Both the position numbers and the translations under genes were made by a program. 64,000 nucleotides of DNA from Deltaproteobacteria bacterium (GTDB lineage: Bacteria > Myxococcota_A > Polyangia > Polyangiales > Houyiibacteriaceae). Shown here in pieces: positions 46,799 to 60,654 of this stretch. The stretch is from positions 20,167 to 84,166 of the forward strand of contig JAFDAJ010000010.1 of assembly GCA_019313915.1 (NCBI GenBank), given 5' to 3'. The notes beneath the pieces are model-generated. The model made no database searches and had not been told where the DNA came from. It worked only from the letters and a program-made list of their open reading frames with translations. Every line of letters begins with the position of its first letter. Positions within the stretch are counted from its first letter, which is position 1.

Positions 46799-47985
46799 GT
46801 CCGGTAATCGGCGTTGATCCGAACGTACTCGTGACCGAGGTCACAGGTCCAATAATGACCAAAGCCGCGCCCTGCGCCGACCGCCACCGAGATCGCATAC
46901 TCGGGTCGCTTCATGGTCGCTGCGGCTTTGGCCTCGATTTTTGAGGTCATGACCGAGATCCCACGCTCGAAAATCGAAACATCGCCGATTTCCATCGAGA
47001 CGTGATCAGGATTGAAACGTGCCCCCGATCGGCCTGCCGCCGCGAGGATGCGGCCCCAGTTCGGGTCGCAACCGTGCAGTGCGGTCTTGACGAGTTGGGA
47101 CCCGGCGATCGTGCGGGCGATTTGCACCGCGTCCCCGTTGGTCCGCGCCCCGCGAACCTCGATTCGAACCAGATGCTCCGCGCCCTCTCCGTCTGCGACA
47201 ATCTTTTTCGCCAGCGCCTCGAGCACCTCGGTGAGCGCCTGAGCGAACCGTCGCCCTGCCGTGCTCTTTTCGTCGACGATGCGATTCGTCGCCGCGCCCG
47301 ATGCAAGGACGTAGATCGAGTCGTTGGTGCTGGTGTCGCCGTCGACCGTCGCGCGATTGAACGTGAGCTCCGTCGACTGATGTAGGATCCTCGACAGTGT
47401 GGCCCGCCGCAACGGGGCATCGGTGGCCACGAAGGCAAGCGTCGTCGCCATGTTCGGGTGAATCATCCCAGCACCTTTGGCGATGCCGAGCACGCGGCAC
47501 GTCGTTCGCCCAACTTTGACCTCGGCTTGCGCGACCTTCGTTCCACGATCGGTGGTCAGGATGGCGCGTGCGAACCGTGTGGCACCCGCCTCGGACAGAT
47601 CCGCGACGAGCGCTGGGATCGCCTCCGCGATGTTCTCCTGCGGAAGCTGCACGCCGATGACGCCGGTCGAAGCGGGGACGACGAGCGCTGCCCGAACACG
47701 CAGCGACGCTGCGGCGGCCCGGGTCAATGCCAACGCCGCTTGCCGCCCCTGCTTGCCGGTACACGCGTTCGCATTGCCGCTATTCACCAGGATCGCCTGA
47801 CAAAGCCCGCTCTTCAGGCGGCGCTCGCTGACCACGACCGGCGCCGCGCGCACGCGGTTCCTCGTGAAGACCCCGGCGGCGACTGCGGGCTCGTCTGCAA
47901 AGACCAACCCCAAGTCCAATGCGTCACCTGCTTTGACTCCGCCGTGCACGCCAGCGAAGCGAAATCCCTTCACCCGTTCGCTCAT
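46795..47985 (-). CDS. argJ: bifunctional ornithine acetyltransferase / N-acetylglutamate synthase
   Basis: 396 aa with the autoproteolytic site block HPNMATTLAFVATDA and TVDGDTSTNDS. Confidence 0.95.
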   Translation of the reverse strand: MSERVKGFRFAGVHGGVKAGDALDLGLVFADEPAVAAGVFTRNRVRAAPVVVSERRLKSGLCQAILVNSGNANACTGKQGRQAALALTRAAAASLRVRAALVVPASTGVIGVQLPQENIAEAIPALVADLSEAGATRFARAILTTDRGTKVAQAEVKVGRTTCRVLGIAKGAGMIHPNMATTLAFVATDAPLRRATLSRILHQSTELTFNRATVDGDTSTNDSIYVLASGAATNRIVDEKSTAGRRFAQALTEVLEALAKKIVADGEGAEHLVRIEVRGARTNGDAVQIARTIAGSQLVKTALHGCDPNWGRILAAAGRSGARFNPDHVSMEIGDVSIFERGISVMTSKIEAKAAATMKRPEYAISVAVGAGRGFGHYWTCDLGHEYVRINADYRT

Positions 47986-48009
47986 GGCGTGCCTCTTACC
48001 AGATGGGGG

Positions 48010-51000
48010 TTACTGCGGCGAGGCTGCGGCCTGGTCTTCGCGGTAGTGGCAGTTCTTATACTTCTTGCCGCTGCCGCAGTAGCACGGGTCGTTGCGACCG
48101 AGCTTGGGATGGTCGCGCTTGACGGTGGCTTGCTGCACTGCAGCGGGTTGCTGCGGAGGCGGCGCTCCCTGAGCCGCTCCACCGGCGCGCCGGCCTCGCC
48201 TTGCCGCTGCCCTGCGGGCCTGCCTGCTGAGGCCAGGCTGCTGCTGGCCACCACCGCCCGGGCCTTCGCCCTGATGGCTCGCTCGAATCTGCCGCTGGCG
48301 TTTCTCCGTCGCTTGGCGCCGTTGCTCCTCGAGCCGCTGCAACTCTTCCTCGCCGGCACGCTCGACGCTGAACATCCCGAGGGTGACCGACGACTTCACG
48401 CTCTGCACCATCTCCAGGTACATGTCGAAGCCCTCGCGCTGGTATTCCTTCTTCGGATCGCGCTGGCCGTAACCGCGTAGCCCGATGCCATCGCGAAGGC
48501 TGTCCATCCCCTGCAGATGGTCCATCCATTGCTTGTCGATCTCTTGCAGATACAAGTCGCGGAACAAGCGGAGGAAGTTCTCGGTGCCGAACTCGTGTTC
48601 CTTGCGTTCCATGACCGCAGCGGCATCGGTGTAGAGCTTACGGAGGAGCTCCACGCGATCGCTGATCTCGTGGATCCCGGTCGCGCTGAGCGCGAACTGC
48701 TCTTTGTAGCCACGCTCGAGCCCCTCGAGGTCCCAGTCCTCGTAGTGCTTGCCGCGCGGGCACGCGTGGTCGGTCATCGTGGTGACGATTTCATCGACCA
48801 AGTCGAGCAGGCGTTCTTTCTGTTCGCTCAGCGACATGCCGACCTCTTGTTCGAGGTGTTTGAAGGCGCCCTGCGGGTCGTTGCGGAAGTCCTGCAGTGG
48901 CACGGCGCAACCGAACCAGACGTAGATGTCCTTTTCGAGCAGCTCGACCCGCACGTCAGTCAGCGTCGACAGATCGGACTCGATCGACTTCTTGCGGTGT
49001 GCGGGCACGTCGTCCTGGGTGAGGCCCGCATCCGGCAACGGATACGAATGGAACTTCACCATGTTCTCGATCACCTTCGTCACGCGCGACAAGAGCGCGA
49101 CGTCGAGCTCGTCGACCAAGGGCATCGGCTCTGCGCCAGCCTTGCGTTCGTCGTCGGTCGGCACGGTGCGGTACTCGCCGCGCAAGACCTGCTTTCGCAG
49201 CGCGTACATGCTCTTGCGCTGCTGATTCATCACGTCGTCGTATTCGAGCAAATGCTTTCGCACGTCGAAGTTGCGCTCTTCGACTTTCTTTTGGGCGTTC
49301 TCGACTGCACTTGTCACCCAGCGATGCTCGATTGGAATGTCTTCTTCCATCCCGAGACGGTCCATCATCGCTTGGACGCGGTCGCCAGCGAAAATCCTCA
49401 TCAAATCATCTTCGAGCGAAAGGAAGAAACGCGAAGAGCCGGCGTCGCCTTGACGGCCCGACCGTCCGCGAAGCTGGTTGTCGATTCGCCGCGACTCGTG
49501 GCGCTCGGTGCCGATGATTTGAAGGCCGCCCGCGTCTTTGACGCTCTGGGCGTCTTCTTTGCACTTCGTGATGCGGAGCTCGGTGGCTTTGGCGATCGCA
49601 GCCTCACGCCGTTCGGGGTCGGACAGTACGTCCTCCGGAGCGTTCTCGAGCACCTCGATCTTGGCGAGCATTTCAGGATTGCCGCCAAGCACGATGTCGG
49701 TGCCTCGGCCGGCCATGTTGGTGGCCACGGTCACGGCGCCCGGCGTGCCCGCCTGCGCGACCACGTAGGCCTCCCGCTCGTGCTGCTTGGCGTTGAGCAC
49801 GTTGTGCGGGACACCCTGGCGGTCGAGGAAGTGCGCCACCGCATCCGACTTCTCGACGCTGGTCGTGCCGACGAGAACGGGCTGCCCCCGCTTGTGCGAC
49901 GCTTCGATTTCCAGGCAAAGCGCCCGGAACTTCTCACGCTCGGTCTTGTAGATCAGGTCCTCTGCATCGACGCGAATGATCGGCTCGTTGGTCGGGATGA
50001 CGATGACGTCGAGCTCGTAGATGTTGTGAAACTCGGTGGCCTCGGTGTCCGCGGTGCCGGTCATGCCGGACAGCTTCTTGTAGAGACGGAAGAGATTCTG
50101 GAACGAAATCGTCGCCAGCGTGACATTCTCGCTCTGGATCAGAACACGCTCTTTTGCCTCGACCGCCTGGTGAAGGCCGTCCGACCAACGCCGGCCGGGA
50201 AGGACGCGGCCGGTGAACTCGTCGATGATCATCACCTTACCGTCTTCGGTGACCATGTAGTGCTGGTCGCGATGGTAGAGGGCATGCGCTCGTAAGCACT
50301 GCTGCAAGATGTGAAGCGCCTCGAGGTTGGCTGGGTCGTAGAGGTTACCGTCGCCGCCAAGCAGACCACGGCCGGCCAGCAGCTCCTGGGCGCCCTCCAT
50401 GCCGTTCTCCGTGAGCGTCACGCTGCGATTCTTCTCGTCGAGGTCGTAGTGCTCGTCCTTGCGCAACCGCGGGATGACCTCGTTGATCATCTCGTACTTC
50501 TCGCTCGCGGTCTCGCCGGGGCCGCTGATGATCAACGGCGTACGCGCCTCGTCGATCAGGATGGAGTCGACCTCATCGACGATCGCGTAGTTCAGATCAC
50601 GCTGCACGTAGTCGTAGATGCTGAACTTCATGTTGTCGCGCATGTAGTCGAAGCCGAACTCGTTGTTCTGGCCGTACGTGATGTCGCAGCTGTACGCGCG
50701 CTTCTTGACCTGGTTGCTTTGCCCCGGAACGACGACGCCAGTGCTCAGCCCAAGGAATCCGTAGAGCTTGCCCATCCACTCGGCATCGCGACTCGCGAGG
50801 TAGTCGTTGACCGTCACGACGTGCACGCCCTTGCCCGCGAGCCCGTTCAAGTAGCAGGGAAGCGTGGCGACGAGCGTCTTGCCTTCGCCCGTCTTCATCT
50901 CCGCAATCTTGCCTTGGTGCAGCACGATGCCGCCGACGAGCTGCACGTCGTAGTGCCGCATTCCGAGAACGCGTTTGGCGGCCTCGCGGGCCACGGCATA

Positions 51001-51201
51001 CGCGGGGACCAGCAAGTCATCAATAGAGGCGCCGTTGTCGATTTGCTGCCGGAACTCCGCGGTTTTGCCCCGCAGCTGCGCGTCGGACAGCTGCTTGATC
51101 TCGTCTTCGAGCGCCGAAATCGCAGCGACCATGGGCTGCATGCGCTTCACTTCGCGTTGATGCTTGGTGCCAAGCATCTTTTTCAGGGCGGTGTTGAACA
51201 C
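48010..51201 (-). CDS. secA: preprotein translocase ATPase SecA
   Basis: 1063 aa with Walker A MKTGEGKTLV, DEAD-like DEVDSILIDEA and the C-terminal zinc finger CYCGSGKKYKNCH. Confidence 0.97.
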   Translation of the reverse strand: MFNTALKKMLGTKHQREVKRMQPMVAAISALEDEIKQLSDAQLRGKTAEFRQQIDNGASIDDLLVPAYAVAREAAKRVLGMRHYDVQLVGGIVLHQGKIAEMKTGEGKTLVATLPCYLNGLAGKGVHVVTVNDYLASRDAEWMGKLYGFLGLSTGVVVPGQSNQVKKRAYSCDITYGQNNEFGFDYMRDNMKFSIYDYVQRDLNYAIVDEVDSILIDEARTPLIISGPGETASEKYEMINEVIPRLRKDEHYDLDEKNRSVTLTENGMEGAQELLAGRGLLGGDGNLYDPANLEALHILQQCLRAHALYHRDQHYMVTEDGKVMIIDEFTGRVLPGRRWSDGLHQAVEAKERVLIQSENVTLATISFQNLFRLYKKLSGMTGTADTEATEFHNIYELDVIVIPTNEPIIRVDAEDLIYKTEREKFRALCLEIEASHKRGQPVLVGTTSVEKSDAVAHFLDRQGVPHNVLNAKQHEREAYVVAQAGTPGAVTVATNMAGRGTDIVLGGNPEMLAKIEVLENAPEDVLSDPERREAAIAKATELRITKCKEDAQSVKDAGGLQIIGTERHESRRIDNQLRGRSGRQGDAGSSRFFLSLEDDLMRIFAGDRVQAMMDRLGMEEDIPIEHRWVTSAVENAQKKVEERNFDVRKHLLEYDDVMNQQRKSMYALRKQVLRGEYRTVPTDDERKAGAEPMPLVDELDVALLSRVTKVIENMVKFHSYPLPDAGLTQDDVPAHRKKSIESDLSTLTDVRVELLEKDIYVWFGCAVPLQDFRNDPQGAFKHLEQEVGMSLSEQKERLLDLVDEIVTTMTDHACPRGKHYEDWDLEGLERGYKEQFALSATGIHEISDRVELLRKLYTDAAAVMERKEHEFGTENFLRLFRDLYLQEIDKQWMDHLQGMDSLRDGIGLRGYGQRDPKKEYQREGFDMYLEMVQSVKSSVTLGMFSVERAGEEELQRLEEQRRQATEKRQRQIRASHQGEGPGGGGQQQPGLSRQARRAAARRGRRAGGAAQGAPPPQQPAAVQQATVKRDHPKLGRNDPCYCGSGKKYKNCHYREDQAAASPQ

Positions 51202-51243
51202 CGACGCAATCTAGGTCGGCGAGGGGAGGCGCGCAAATGAGAG

Positions 51244-52743
51244 TCAAAACCAACGCTTGGAGAGCGCGAGGACCGCCATCAGCACGAAGACCAAGAGCAC
51301 AAACGCCCACAAGCCGCGGCCCGAGGAAGCGCCTCCACGAGGGGCCGGAGCCTCGTCTCCGAAGTCGTCGAGCAACCGGCGTGCGCGCGCCTGGGCAAGG
51401 AGCTCGACGCGAAGCAAGACCATGCTGACCATCAGACCGATGAGTAGAATCGCGGCAGCGGCCTGCCAGCGCCGAAGCTCTTGCTCCCGTTCGAGGGTTT
51501 CGTCCACATCGATGCGGGCGCTCACGCCTGCTCCGATCGCGACCACATCGAAGCTCGGTATCGCAAACAAGGCGCGCAGAAGGTCATCGACATCCGTTTG
51601 TTCGAACGCACCGTCGATGATCGCTACGGCGAGCGGATCCAGACCCTCGCGGTCCGCGTTGACGAGGACGGCATCCGCCGCTTGGCGAGCCCGGCCAGGA
51701 CCCTTCGGATCGGCTGCAACCACGTACGACACGCCCGCCGTATTGTCGGAGAAGAGATCGGCCCGCACTTGAAGCCGCCAAACGCCAGGGCCGAGTGCGG
51801 GCAGATGAGGATCGCTGGGAGACAGGGAGAGGGCGCGCACCCACCGCCGCCCCTGGAAGACATCGACCAGCACCGCTTCGTGTCCGCCGAGCTGGTCCCA
51901 CTCGACTTCGATGCGCCCATCGGTCGCTGATGCCCGCGCTACGATACCGCCTGGCACGACGGGCAGCCGCACTTCACGGGCGGCGACGATCGCACCGTCC
52001 TGACCGAGGACCTCCACTTCGACGCGCCCTTCACTGCCTGCAACGACCAGTGGGACCCGAGCGAATCCGTTCGAGGGCGGGACGGCGTTTGATTCGACCC
52101 GGACGCCCGCTACCGAACGCACCCGCACCACAACCTCTGGGTCGCCTACCCAAACCGAGAGCCAGCACCGTAGATCGGGAACGCAAGCGCCCTCCTCGAC
52201 GCGCGGATCGAGCACTGTGGCCGCGCGTCTCGAACCCGTGGCACGCATCAAGCCCAACTCATAGGCCTGAAACGCGTTGACCGCGCGGCCCGTCGGCAGA
52301 CGCGACTCGATCGACTCGCGAACATAAAGCGCTCGTTCGACGGAAACAGAACGGCCATCGATCTCAGCGAGTGCGACCAACGAGAGCACCTCATCGAGGC
52401 CGTCGGGGATCCGCAAGTGCCCCTCCATACCCTGCACGAGCGATTTCCCCAGCTTGGTCTTTGCGAGCACCATGCCGGCAGCGTTGCGAAGCTCCACCGT
52501 GACTGGCGGCGCAACGATGACCGTGTAGCCCTCATCGTCCTGGTCCACCTGCCATGCGCGAAGCCCGATTGTGTCGCCGGGTCGCGCGACCACGGGCGCA
52601 CTCAAACGAAGATCAGGAACCATCGGCGGGGCGCCTGCCATCCAGAGCGCTGCGAGAATGATCGCGGCGAGCACGGGCGACAATCGGATCGCCCACGCAA
52701 ATCGGTTGAATTGTCGGTCCTGCGTCGTCATGGGGATGGACAA
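51244..52743 (-). CDS. hypothetical membrane-anchored protein
   Basis: 499-aa ORF with good GC3 coding bias, an N-terminal TM helix (LSPVLAAIILAALWMAG) and two C-terminal TM helices. I recognise no family. Confidence 0.55.
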   Translation of the reverse strand: MSIPMTTQDRQFNRFAWAIRLSPVLAAIILAALWMAGAPPMVPDLRLSAPVVARPGDTIGLRAWQVDQDDEGYTVIVAPPVTVELRNAAGMVLAKTKLGKSLVQGMEGHLRIPDGLDEVLSLVALAEIDGRSVSVERALYVRESIESRLPTGRAVNAFQAYELGLMRATGSRRAATVLDPRVEEGACVPDLRCWLSVWVGDPEVVVRVRSVAGVRVESNAVPPSNGFARVPLVVAGSEGRVEVEVLGQDGAIVAAREVRLPVVPGGIVARASATDGRIEVEWDQLGGHEAVLVDVFQGRRWVRALSLSPSDPHLPALGPGVWRLQVRADLFSDNTAGVSYVVAADPKGPGRARQAADAVLVNADREGLDPLAVAIIDGAFEQTDVDDLLRALFAIPSFDVVAIGAGVSARIDVDETLEREQELRRWQAAAAILLIGLMVSMVLLRVELLAQARARRLLDDFGDEAPAPRGGASSGRGLWAFVLLVFVLMAVLALSKRWF

Positions 52744-52786
52744 GTTCAGGATGTTACCTTAGGAACGGTTTGGGTATAGAGCGCGA

Positions 52787-53245
52787 ATGGGAGCCACCGC
52801 CGAACACGATGTCGAGCAACTCCGTGCTCGTTTGAACGACTACATGGCCAGGCACGGCCTGCGGTCGACCGAGCAGCGGCGCCTGGTCACCGAGATGTTT
52901 TTCGCCAGCAGGGACCACCTCTCCATCGAGGAACTGCTGGACCGAGTGCGCATCGAAGAGCCCAGGATCGGGTACGCGACGGTCTACCGCACCCTGAAGC
53001 TCCTCAAGGACTGCGGTCTCGCTTTTGAGCGCCACTTCGGCGATGGGGTGTCCCGGTACGAGGTCGCCTGGGCCGACGAACACCACGATCACTTGATCTG
53101 CACCGAATGCGAGAAGATCATCGAGTTCGAAGACTCGGACATCGAAGAGTTGCAGCACAACGTGGCACAAAGGCTGGGCTTCAACCTCACCCGTCACAAG
53201 CTCGAACTCTACGGCATCTGCGCCGGCTGCCAGGCCAAAGAATAG
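52787..53245 (+). CDS. fur: Fur family transcriptional regulator
   Basis: Winged-helix block IGYATVYRTLKLL, then HHDHLICTEC....CAGC metal sites. Confidence 0.9.
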   Translation: MGATAEHDVEQLRARLNDYMARHGLRSTEQRRLVTEMFFASRDHLSIEELLDRVRIEEPRIGYATVYRTLKLLKDCGLAFERHFGDGVSRYEVAWADEHHDHLICTECEKIIEFEDSDIEELQHNVAQRLGFNLTRHKLELYGICAGCQAKE

Positions 53246-53272
53246 GCCCGGCAGCCCGGTCTCGCAGGCTCG

Positions 53273-55126
<1,854 letters not shown>

Positions 55127-55440
55127 TGTTCGAGTTGGTCACCCTCGGGCCTAAGTATGATTACGCGTGATTACGCGTGAAGGCCCTGATGGATGCCTGC
55201 TGTAAGAAAGCTGGGGGCAAGCGCGCTTTCCGTCAAGTCGGCGATAGGCCTATTCGGCTGTGCGGTGCTTCACAAATTGGCCAATTCGCGTGACAAAATC
55301 GTAGTGGCTGTTGAATTGCATCGATGTGCTGCGAGGGTCCGGGCAGGCGCTCGCGTGGGGCTGGATCTCGGGCCCCGGGCCCGAGCGAGAGCCGGTGTGG
55401 CAACTGGCATGCTGGGCGGCTACCCCGTATTGCTCCGCCC

Positions 55441-57201
55441 ATGCTCCTCGAGCGCTATCTCGAGTCTCTTGGCTCGGAAGCTATTCAGAAGGCCCTCGAC
55501 CTCGATGGGCCTCGGCCGGCTCTCGTTCGCCCCACACAGGATCCGAAGTTTGGTGACTTTCAGATCAACGGGGCGATGGCGCTCGGCAAAGAGCTCAAGA
55601 GATCACCGCGCGAGCTTGCGCAGCCAATCGCCGAGGCGTTGGCCGGAGTCGATGCGATTGAAAAAGCCGAGGTCGCAGGGCCTGGCTTCGTCAATATCCA
55701 TCTCGCGCCGTCGTGGGTCGCGTCGAAGCTCACCCAAGCGCTGCGCGACGCGGCGCGCGACGGCGTGCCGGCCGTGCATGAGGTTTCCAAGGTCATCGTC
55801 GACTTCTCGAGCCCCAACATCGCCAAGCAAATGCATGTCGGGCATCTGCGTTCGACGATCATTGGCGATGCAATCGCGCGGATTCTGTCGTTCATGGGTC
55901 ACGACGTGGTGCGCGATAACCACCTCGGCGATTGGGGCACTCAGTTTGGGCTCCTGATCGTCGGGATGCGCGAGTGGGGAAACGAAGAGGCTCTGCAAGC
56001 CGCGCCGATCCCGGAGCTCGAGCGAGTCTACAAGCTCGCCTCGGAGCGCGCTGGCAAGGAAGAGGCGTTCGCCGAACGCGCACGGGCAGAGCTCGTGAAG
56101 CTTCAAAACGGCGACGACCAGAACCGCAAGCTCTGGAAGCACTTCGTCGAGGTAAGTCGCGGCACCCTCGAAGCGGTGTACGCCGAGCTCGACGTGTCGT
56201 TCGATGTGTGGCTTGGCGAGAGCGCGTACCACGACGCCCTTCCCGGCGTAGTTGAAGATCTCCTCGAGCGAGGCATCGCACGCGAAGACGACGGAGCCGT
56301 GTGCATCTTTTGGGACGAAGTCGACAGCGTCCCCAAGTCGTTGCGCAAACAGAAGACCCCGTTCATCGTCAGAAAGAAGGACGGCGCGTTTCTCTACTCC
56401 ACGACCGACATCGCGACCGTCCAGCACCGCCAAGATCACTTCCACGCAGATCGCGCGCTCTACGTGGTCGACAATCGCCAAAGCCTTCATTTCCAGCAAC
56501 TCTTTGCCGTGATGACATTGCTCGGCGCAGACATCGAGCTCGAGCACATCGGCTTTGGCACGGTCCTCGGTAATGATGGCAAGCCCTTGCGGACGCGGGA
56601 CGCGAGCGGGAACGTGATCACCCTGGTGTCGCTGCTCGAAGAATCCAAGCAACGGGCGCGACAACGAATCGACGAAGGGATCGCCGAAGGCCGCCTCCGG
56701 GTTCGTCCCGAGGAAATCGATGCGGTATCCCGAGTCGTTGGCATTGGCGCCGTGAAGTACGCCGACCTTCGCCAGAACAGGCTCAGCGACTATCAGTTCG
56801 ACTGGGACAAGATGATCTCGTTCCAGGGCAATGCTGGCCCGTACCTTCAATACGCATACGCGCGCTGCGCCTCGATTTTCGCCAAGGGCGAAGTCGACAT
56901 GGACACGATCGGAGCAACCGCGACGGTCATGCTCGACGCGCCGGCCGAACGGACCCTCGGCAAACACCTTCTGCGTTTCACCGATGTCGTCTACCAAGCG
57001 GGCGCAACCAGCCAGCCGCACCTCATTTGTGAGCACATCTACGAGCTGGCGCGCGCATTCAATGGCTTCTACGCAGAGTGCCCGGTGCTCGACGCCGAAG
57101 GCGCGACGCGAGAGAGCAGGCTCGGCCTGACGGCCCTGACCGCGCGGCAGATCCGACGCGGACTCGGACTCGTCGGCATCGGCGTCGTTGATCGCATGTA
57201 G
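55441..57201 (+). CDS. argS: arginine--tRNA ligase
   Basis: Starts at ATG 55441 (MLLERYLESL). It has the HIGH-type block SPNIAKQMHVGHLRS and a C-terminal DALR anticodon-binding domain ending ..VDRM. Confidence 0.95.
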   Translation: MLLERYLESLGSEAIQKALDLDGPRPALVRPTQDPKFGDFQINGAMALGKELKRSPRELAQPIAEALAGVDAIEKAEVAGPGFVNIHLAPSWVASKLTQALRDAARDGVPAVHEVSKVIVDFSSPNIAKQMHVGHLRSTIIGDAIARILSFMGHDVVRDNHLGDWGTQFGLLIVGMREWGNEEALQAAPIPELERVYKLASERAGKEEAFAERARAELVKLQNGDDQNRKLWKHFVEVSRGTLEAVYAELDVSFDVWLGESAYHDALPGVVEDLLERGIAREDDGAVCIFWDEVDSVPKSLRKQKTPFIVRKKDGAFLYSTTDIATVQHRQDHFHADRALYVVDNRQSLHFQQLFAVMTLLGADIELEHIGFGTVLGNDGKPLRTRDASGNVITLVSLLEESKQRARQRIDEGIAEGRLRVRPEEIDAVSRVVGIGAVKYADLRQNRLSDYQFDWDKMISFQGNAGPYLQYAYARCASIFAKGEVDMDTIGATATVMLDAPAERTLGKHLLRFTDVVYQAGATSQPHLICEHIYELARAFNGFYAECPVLDAEGATRESRLGLTALTARQIRRGLGLVGIGVVDRM

Positions 57202-57243
57202 CGGAAATCGCTGTATTTCCCGCCGCCCGAGCGCGAATGTGCT

Positions 57244-58257
57244 ATGCGAAGCGCGCCGATGCAGGGCCGGGTCGTTCGAACATGCCATGAAAGCCAGTGT
57301 CTGAGCGACAACCCGCTCGGCGATCCGCACGAACGCGAGCTGTACGTCTATCTGCCACCGCAGTACGACGGCACACGACGCTTCCCGGTCGTGATGATGC
57401 TCGCCGGCTTTGGGTCGACAAATCACTCGATCGCCAGCTGGAGCCCATGGAAGCCGAACACGATCGAGCTCTTCGACCGGCTCATCGCCGAAGGGCACTG
57501 CAAGCCCGCGATCCTCGTGCTGCCAGATTGCTTCAATCGATGGGGCGGCTCGCAGTTCATCGATTCAGAAGGAACCGGGCGCTACCAAACGTATCTCGCC
57601 GACGAGGTCTTCTCATTCGTCGACGCGGAGTTCCGAACGATCCCCAAGCGCGAGGCACGCGGGGTAGTCGGCCGCTCGTCGGGTGGCTTCGGGGCATTGC
57701 GTCTCGGGATGGACAGGCCTGACGTGGTGTCGGTCATCGGAAGCCACGCCGGTGACGCGGCATTCGAAGTCAGCATGCGGCCGATGCTGACGAGCGCGGC
57801 GATTGCGATCGACCTCGCGGGCGGTCTCCGCACATTTGCCGAAGAGATTCCCGTGGCCGGTCCCGAGAGCGCGACCCAGTTTGACGCGATTTTCGTGCTT
57901 GCCGCTAGCGCTGCCTACTCACCGGACCCCACCGATTTCCCATTTGCTGGAATTCCGATGGATCCAGCAACCGGCGAGCTCCGCAGTGAGGTCTGGGCGA
58001 GGTGGCTCGAGCACGATCCACTGCGGCGGATCGACGCCTCTGCGGCGGCTTTGCAAGCGATGTCGCTTATTTACATCGACGCAGGCAACAGGGATGAGCA
58101 CGGGCTACACTTCGCAGCGCGGATGCTCGACGACGCGCTCCGTAAGCGTGGGCTGCCCGTTCACTACGAGGAGTACGAGGGCGGACACCGAGGCACCTCG
58201 TGGCGTTACGAAGTCTCGCTACCGCAAATCGTTGAAGCACTTCAAGGACCCGAATGA
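57244..58257 (+). CDS. esterase family protein (putative esterase / alpha-beta hydrolase)
   Basis: LYVYLPPQYDG..FPVVMMLAGFGS and the nucleophile elbow GRSSGGFGA are typical of the enterochelin-esterase-like family. Confidence 0.7.
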   Translation: MRSAPMQGRVVRTCHESQCLSDNPLGDPHERELYVYLPPQYDGTRRFPVVMMLAGFGSTNHSIASWSPWKPNTIELFDRLIAEGHCKPAILVLPDCFNRWGGSQFIDSEGTGRYQTYLADEVFSFVDAEFRTIPKREARGVVGRSSGGFGALRLGMDRPDVVSVIGSHAGDAAFEVSMRPMLTSAAIAIDLAGGLRTFAEEIPVAGPESATQFDAIFVLAASAAYSPDPTDFPFAGIPMDPATGELRSEVWARWLEHDPLRRIDASAAALQAMSLIYIDAGNRDEHGLHFAARMLDDALRKRGLPVHYEEYEGGHRGTSWRYEVSLPQIVEALQGPE

Positions 58258-58909
58258 CGACGAAGAAGAAGAGCACCGAAGAGACCGACGCTACCGAGCC
58301 CAAGTCGGCCAAGAAGGCTGCGGGGGGCGGCGCCGTCGTTGCAGCTCAGAAGATCCTCGCGGACGACAGTCCGCAATCGAAGATCGCCGAGCATGGCGAG
58401 ACCATGATGGAGGGCCCGCGGACCGCGGCGACGCAATCGGCGCGCGTGCTCAGCGAGATCATCCAAGCGAAGCCCGAGCTCGTGGTGCCGCTGGTCGCCA
58501 AGTTCGCGCGGGGAATTTCATCCTCGAACAAGCGCGTCGTGCAATCGTCCGCTGAAGCCCTTCCCGCCATCGCACGGATCGCGCCCGCCCGGGTTGCTCG
58601 ACAGCTGGATGTGCTCAAGAGTTCGTTCGAGGAAGCAAACGAGGTGGGCAAGGACGGCCTCGTCAGGACGTTCGCCGCATTGTGCACCGCATCGGTCGCG
58701 TATCAGAAGCGCCTTGAACCAGTGCTCACCCTCGCCCTCAATGGCGCAGATGGAAAGACGCTCTTCGCCTGGAGCCAGATCGTGCTGCCGGCGCTCAAGG
58801 GCGAGCCCCATGCGCGGGCGCGCGCCGTCGTCGAAGGCCGGCTCGACTTGATCCCCCGGTCGTACGCGCAGCAAATCGCAGACTTCCTCGGCATCAAGCT
58901 GCGTCTACG

Positions 58910-58919
<10 letters not shown>
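58254..58919 (+). CDS. hypothetical protein (helical, ARM/HEAT-like)
   Basis: Its start overlaps the esterase stop (ATGA). It has a Lys/Glu-rich N-terminus followed by helical repeats. I recognise no motif. Confidence 0.5.
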
Positions 58920-60577
<1,658 letters not shown>

Positions 60578-60654
60578 GAGGCATTTCTAGCACAACGGCC
60601 GCTGGCGGCTCATCTGACTACTGCACCCGGCGGGAAGCAGAGTATGCTGCGCCC

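Noticed and set aside
52744-52762. A second GTTCAGG half-site (a LexA-box look-alike) in the fur divergent gap.
   Set aside because: The upstream 10 positions match the CTRHAMRYBY part of the consensus at only about 4/10.
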